Source of the DNA: a virus | Taxonomy: Duplodnaviria > Caudoviricetes | Virus record (IMG/VR): IMGVR_UViG_3300017700_000797 | Coordinates: 1-48,387 of that record | Length of the DNA: 48,387 nt | Strand: one strand, 5' to 3' | Part shown: piece by piece, positions 44,865-48,387 of the stretch | How the letters are laid out: each line of letters opens with the position of its first letter | Numbering within the stretch: the stretch's first letter is position 1 | Position numbers and translations under genes: made by a program | The notes under the pieces: generated by a model | Databases searched by the model: none | Seen by the model: only the letters and a program-made list of their open reading frames with translations | What the model was told of the DNA's origin: nothing

Positions 44865-45442
44865 GCCATTACGAAAAAGTGACAATTACGAGCAACGGCG
44901 TGAAGGCGGAAGGGGCTGAAATCGGGGAGCTTATCCTCAGTCAGCCTCTGGCCACCTCCATGTTTCAGCGGGAAGTGTTTAACCTGCTCGGCCGTGAGCC
45001 TGTCTCTGAAGATTGGGTACGTGCGCCGGAAATGACGGCTTACCATGAAGGCGGCTTCATGGTAACTGGACGTGTCCAGCGTCTTCGCAAGGGGCATCCC
45101 GGCTGGCGTGCTCGCAAGGGCCCGCAGACCACGAATCAAAGCGGTTTCCGTGCAACCGGCCACCGCCTGCTCTTGCTGCCAGACCCGCTCGAAACGACCA
45201 CGGCTGGCGGCTTGATCCTCTCCGCCAAGACCGTTGCCCAAGACGAATCCAAATGCGTCTGGGCCACCGTGGTGGAAATCGGCTGCGACGCCTGGTCCGA
45301 CAAGGGCACCGATTACTGCGATGTGGGCGACCGTGTCCTGATCGGCGAGTTCACCGGCAAGTTCCATGTCAGCCCACGCGACGGCGTCAAGTACCGGTTC
45401 GTGAACGATCTGGACATTATTACGCCGCTGGTTAGCGAGTAG
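44861..45442 (+). CDS. GroES-like co-chaperonin with N-terminal extension
   Basis: GHRLLLLP...TTAGGLIL...ATVVEIG...VGDRVLIGEFTG...YRFVNDLDII. Confidence 0.8.
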   Translation: MSHYEKVTITSNGVKAEGAEIGELILSQPLATSMFQREVFNLLGREPVSEDWVRAPEMTAYHEGGFMVTGRVQRLRKGHPGWRARKGPQTTNQSGFRATGHRLLLLPDPLETTTAGGLILSAKTVAQDESKCVWATVVEIGCDAWSDKGTDYCDVGDRVLIGEFTGKFHVSPRDGVKYRFVNDLDIITPLVSE

Positions 45443-45451
45443 CCAATTCTG

Positions 45452-45481
45452 TGCGCGCATTACACCGTAGTAATGCGCGCA
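45452..45481. repeat. Dispersed palindrome copy 14
   Basis: TGCGCGCATTAC-accgta-GTAATGCGCGCA. Confidence 0.95.
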
Positions 45482-45509
45482 TAAAACATAGCCCTAAAAG
45501 GAAACTGCC

Positions 45510-46490
45510 ATGTCAGTAGCAATCAAGCAATTCATGCCAGCAATGCTGGTTCCACAGCGCGTTACAGCTCCGTGTGCCTTTGGCGACGGCGATTCCGACA
45601 CGGAACTGGACCTGGACACGGATCTGGGCGACGACGACGGCGAACAGTCCCCAGAGGACATCGCTGCCGCAGCCGCTTCTGCCGCCGCCGAAGCCGACAA
45701 CAAAGCAACGGAACGCCAAGCCCGCGCACAAGGCTGGCGGCCGGAAGCCGAGTTCAAAGGTGACGGCAAGTGGGTCGACGCCGCGACCTTCGTGCAGCGC
45801 GGCAAGCAGCACACCAAGAAGCTGGAACAGCAAGTCGCGGCTCTCACAGCCGGCCTTGCCGCGCAAAAAGAAACCAATGCGCAATTCGCGGCCTTCCACA
45901 AGGAAGCTATGCTGCGCAAGGACGTTGAGCTCTCGGATGCCATTAAGGCTGCAAAGCTCCAGCGCGGTGAAGCCATTCGCAACGGCGAGGACGAAGCCGC
46001 ACTGGCACTCGACGACCGCATCGAAACGCTGCAGGAAGAAAAGGCCAAGCTCAAGGCAGCGCCAGCCGCCAAGGAAGTCCCAGCGGACGATGCTGCTGCT
46101 ACTGCGGCTGCGGAAGTCGCCGAACGTGAAGCCGTGCTCAATGCCTGGATTGCTGACGGCAACGACTGGTTCAAAGACAACCCACGTATGCGGGCCTACG
46201 CACTGTCCATCGGCCAGGAATTCCGCGAAGCCGGTGACCACTCCGTCGACCGTAAATTCCTGGAGCGCATCAAGGCCCAGATGGAAGTTGACATGCCGGA
46301 TAAATTCCCCAAAGGTAATCCGCTGCGCAACAAGGCTGGCGGTGTGGAAGCTGGCGGACCTGCCAGCCGCCAAGAGCAAGGCAAGACTGAACGCGACCTC
46401 CCCAAGGCTGACCGTGCACTGATGAATAAATTCGTCGCTGACGGCCTGCTGACCAAAGAACAATTCCTCAAAGACTACGACTGGAGCTAA
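45510..46490 (+). CDS. Capsid scaffolding protein
   Basis: Acidic N-terminus, ARAQGWRP.....KWVDA, long coiled coil, W...NDWF. Confidence 0.75.
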   Translation: MSVAIKQFMPAMLVPQRVTAPCAFGDGDSDTELDLDTDLGDDDGEQSPEDIAAAAASAAAEADNKATERQARAQGWRPEAEFKGDGKWVDAATFVQRGKQHTKKLEQQVAALTAGLAAQKETNAQFAAFHKEAMLRKDVELSDAIKAAKLQRGEAIRNGEDEAALALDDRIETLQEEKAKLKAAPAAKEVPADDAAATAAAEVAEREAVLNAWIADGNDWFKDNPRMRAYALSIGQEFREAGDHSVDRKFLERIKAQMEVDMPDKFPKGNPLRNKAGGVEAGGPASRQEQGKTERDLPKADRALMNKFVADGLLTKEQFLKDYDWS

Positions 46491-46491
46491 C

Positions 46492-47070
46492 ATGAACGAC
46501 GATCAGAAAATCATTGGTGCAAATGAATCCCCAGCTATGCTGTCCAAAGGCGCTGTTGGCCTGGAAGACCTGGGTCGCATCAAGGCGGAAGAAGCGGCAG
46601 CTGCGGCTGCTGTTCGCAACGTCTCCGAGCGCAAGGAATCCCCGCGCAGCCGCCGGACCGACCTGGGCGGCGCACAGCTCAAGCTCGAAGTCTTCAACGC
46701 AGTCATTCCCGGCTGGCACCTCTACTGGGAAAACGACTCCGATGCCCGCATCGAGCGGCTGCTGCAAAACGGCTTCGAGTTCGTAACCCCGGAAGAAGCC
46801 GGGATGAAGCGCGTTACCCACCGCGTCGTGGCTGACGGTGACCTCGATAATCGCGTCAGTAAGTACGTCGGTACTACCGAGGACTGTAAGGCGATGCGAG
46901 CTTACCTTATGAAGTGTCCCGAGGACATCTGGGACGACATTCAACACTGCATCAACGATCTGGCAGATAGCCGGGATCGAGACATTCTGGAATCTGCCTC
47001 ACGCTCGACGGGTGACCGTTATCAGCCGAAAGGTTACGAAACCAAAGTCACTTCCGGCTTCCGCCGCTAG
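46492..47070 (+). CDS. Hypothetical head-module protein
   Basis: PGWHLYWEND...GFEFV...AYLMKCP. Confidence 0.65.
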   Translation: MNDDQKIIGANESPAMLSKGAVGLEDLGRIKAEEAAAAAAVRNVSERKESPRSRRTDLGGAQLKLEVFNAVIPGWHLYWENDSDARIERLLQNGFEFVTPEEAGMKRVTHRVVADGDLDNRVSKYVGTTEDCKAMRAYLMKCPEDIWDDIQHCINDLADSRDRDILESASRSTGDRYQPKGYETKVTSGFRR

Positions 47071-47130
47071 CCGACAGTTGCAGCTCCTAGCCATTTCCCA
47101 AAACCCAAAACCCTTTAAAGGACTGGCACC

Positions 47131-47739
47131 ATGCCTAACTTGAACGCCCCCAAAGGCTTCTCCCCTGTGAAGTACCTTAGCGGTTCTGCATGGAACGGAG
47201 CGGCTAACCTGTACTATATCCCGTCCACGGACGGCCTGATCTACTCGCCCGGCGATGCCGTCAAGAGCCTGGCGCAGAGCGATGCGAATGGTGTGCCAGG
47301 TGTTGTGAAAGCGGCTGGCACCGATGCCCTGCGCGGTATCGTCATTGCCTGCATGGTGTCGCCGCCATACGGCCAGTCGCTCGTCGGAACGACCTTGGAC
47401 CTGGCTGTGCAGAACATCCCCGCCGCCAAGACCAAGGCGTACTACGTCCTCGTCGTGGACGAGCCTGACGTCCTGTTCGAAATCCAGGACAACGGCCTGT
47501 CGGTTATTGCTGCGACCTCGATGTCGAAGAACTTCACCTTCACCGTCGCCAACCCGACGGCGCCGGCGCAGAACAGTGCCTCTGTGCTGCTGAACTCCTC
47601 GGTGGGCACTGCTGCTACCCTGAACCTGCGCCTCATGGGTGCCGTGCAGCGTGATGACAACGACCCAACCCTGATCAACGCCAAGTGGCTCGTGCGCATC
47701 AACATGCACGAACTCTCGGGCGCCACCGTCGGCATCTAA
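47131..47739 (+). CDS. Putative capsid decoration / minor capsid protein
   Basis: NAPKGFSPV N-terminus; immediately before the capsid gene. Confidence 0.6.
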   Translation: MPNLNAPKGFSPVKYLSGSAWNGAANLYYIPSTDGLIYSPGDAVKSLAQSDANGVPGVVKAAGTDALRGIVIACMVSPPYGQSLVGTTLDLAVQNIPAAKTKAYYVLVVDEPDVLFEIQDNGLSVIAATSMSKNFTFTVANPTAPAQNSASVLLNSSVGTAATLNLRLMGAVQRDDNDPTLINAKWLVRINMHELSGATVGI

Positions 47740-47796
47740 TCAACAATAGCTGCGGGGACATCCAGTTCCCTGCAGCAACCTACAAGGAGCAATATC

Positions 47797-48387
47797 ATGG
47801 CTGGTGGCGTACAAACAACTGCAAGCTTCCCCAAAGGACTCTGGCCTGGTGTCAAGTCGTGGTGGGACAGCGCTGCAAAGGGCACCGTGGATTTCCACAC
47901 GATGATGTTCAAGAAAGAGACCTCGGACAAGAATTACGAAGAGTACGTCCAGGCCGTTGGCTTGGGCATCGCTCCGCGTAAGGCCGAAGGTGCGCCGATC
48001 ATGTTCGATTCGATGCAGCAAGGTTTCACGACTCGCGGTACGAACGCCGCGTATGGCCTGGGTATCATCACCACGCACGAAGAGCTGATGGACAACCGCT
48101 ACCTGAAGTTGACCAAAGGCCGCGTCGAGAAGCTCCGCCGCTCCTTCCACGAAACGAAGCAGATCAACGCCTCGAACGTGTACAGCCGCGCGTTCACTGC
48201 TGCCTACGCAGGCGGCGACGGCGTGTCGCTGTTGAACGTCGCCCATCCGAATATGTCGGGGGGCACGTGGCAGAACAAGCTCACGGTCGATGCCGCACTG
48301 TCGACTGCTGCTGTCGAAGACATGATCATCCTGATGATGCAATCCCGCGACGATCGCGGCTTCATCGAGCCCCTGACCGGCCATCAG
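47797..48387 (+). CDS. Major capsid protein, N-terminal part
   Basis: AAGGAG RBS, ATG 47797: MAGGVQTTASFPKGLWPGVKSWW...; open to the end of the window. Confidence 0.8.
   Translation, partial: MAGGVQTTASFPKGLWPGVKSWWDSAAKGTVDFHTMMFKKETSDKNYEEYVQAVGLGIAPRKAEGAPIMFDSMQQGFTTRGTNAAYGLGIITTHEELMDNRYLKLTKGRVEKLRRSFHETKQINASNVYSRAFTAAYAGGDGVSLLNVAHPNMSGGTWQNKLTVDAALSTAAVEDMIILMMQSRDDRGFIEPLTGHQ
48265..48387. repeat. Terminal direct repeat (copy 2)
   Basis: Identical to 1-123. Confidence 0.95.

Noticed and set aside
476-45481. Dispersed palindromes as CRISPR repeats, integron attC sites or Xer/dif sites
   Set aside because: Copies are kilobases apart, with no cas genes or integrase. The arm TGCGCGCATTA resembles the XerC arm of dif (about 8/11), but there is no XerD arm and the spacers differ between copies, which disfavours recombination. 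Not fully excluded.

Overview
The window is an essentially complete, circularly permuted tailed-phage genome of about 48,264 bp. Bases 1-123 are repeated exactly at 48265-48387, and the junction falls inside the major capsid gene. It is GC-rich and podovirus-like, and the host is probably a proteobacterium (inferred, not shown). The + strand (40023 to the end, then 1-13713) carries the packaging, head, P22-like tail and ejection, tailspike and lysis modules. These include a GroES-like co-chaperonin, a 2OG-Fe(II) hydroxylase, a cupin and an embedded Rz1 spanin. The - strand (38776 down to 13939) carries the early and replication genes: a UDG-like/PolA fusion, a ParB-DNA methyltransferase fusion, SSB, an HslV-like Ntn hydrolase, a Sak4-like ATPase, a PD-(D/E)XK nuclease, a Dda/RecD-like helicase and many small unknowns. 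I recognise no integrase, repressor, primase, DnaB or ParA. The most striking unexplained structure has three parts. (1) At least 14 copies of a ~40-bp palindrome (core YGCGCRYRTTAC-N6-GTAAYGYGCGCR) sit at gene boundaries around the whole genome. (2) Four canonical bacterial chromosomal parS sites cluster in the early region (36140-39505). (3) A ParB CTPase/HTH protein is fused to an amino-methyltransferase. Together these suggest a phage ParB/parS-type loading system. Also notable are an SSB C-terminal tail mimic (DDIPF), a shared DSDALL-type peptide motif in several proteins, two paralogous gene pairs and three structured non-coding regions. All functional calls come from motif recognition by eye; no database searches were run.
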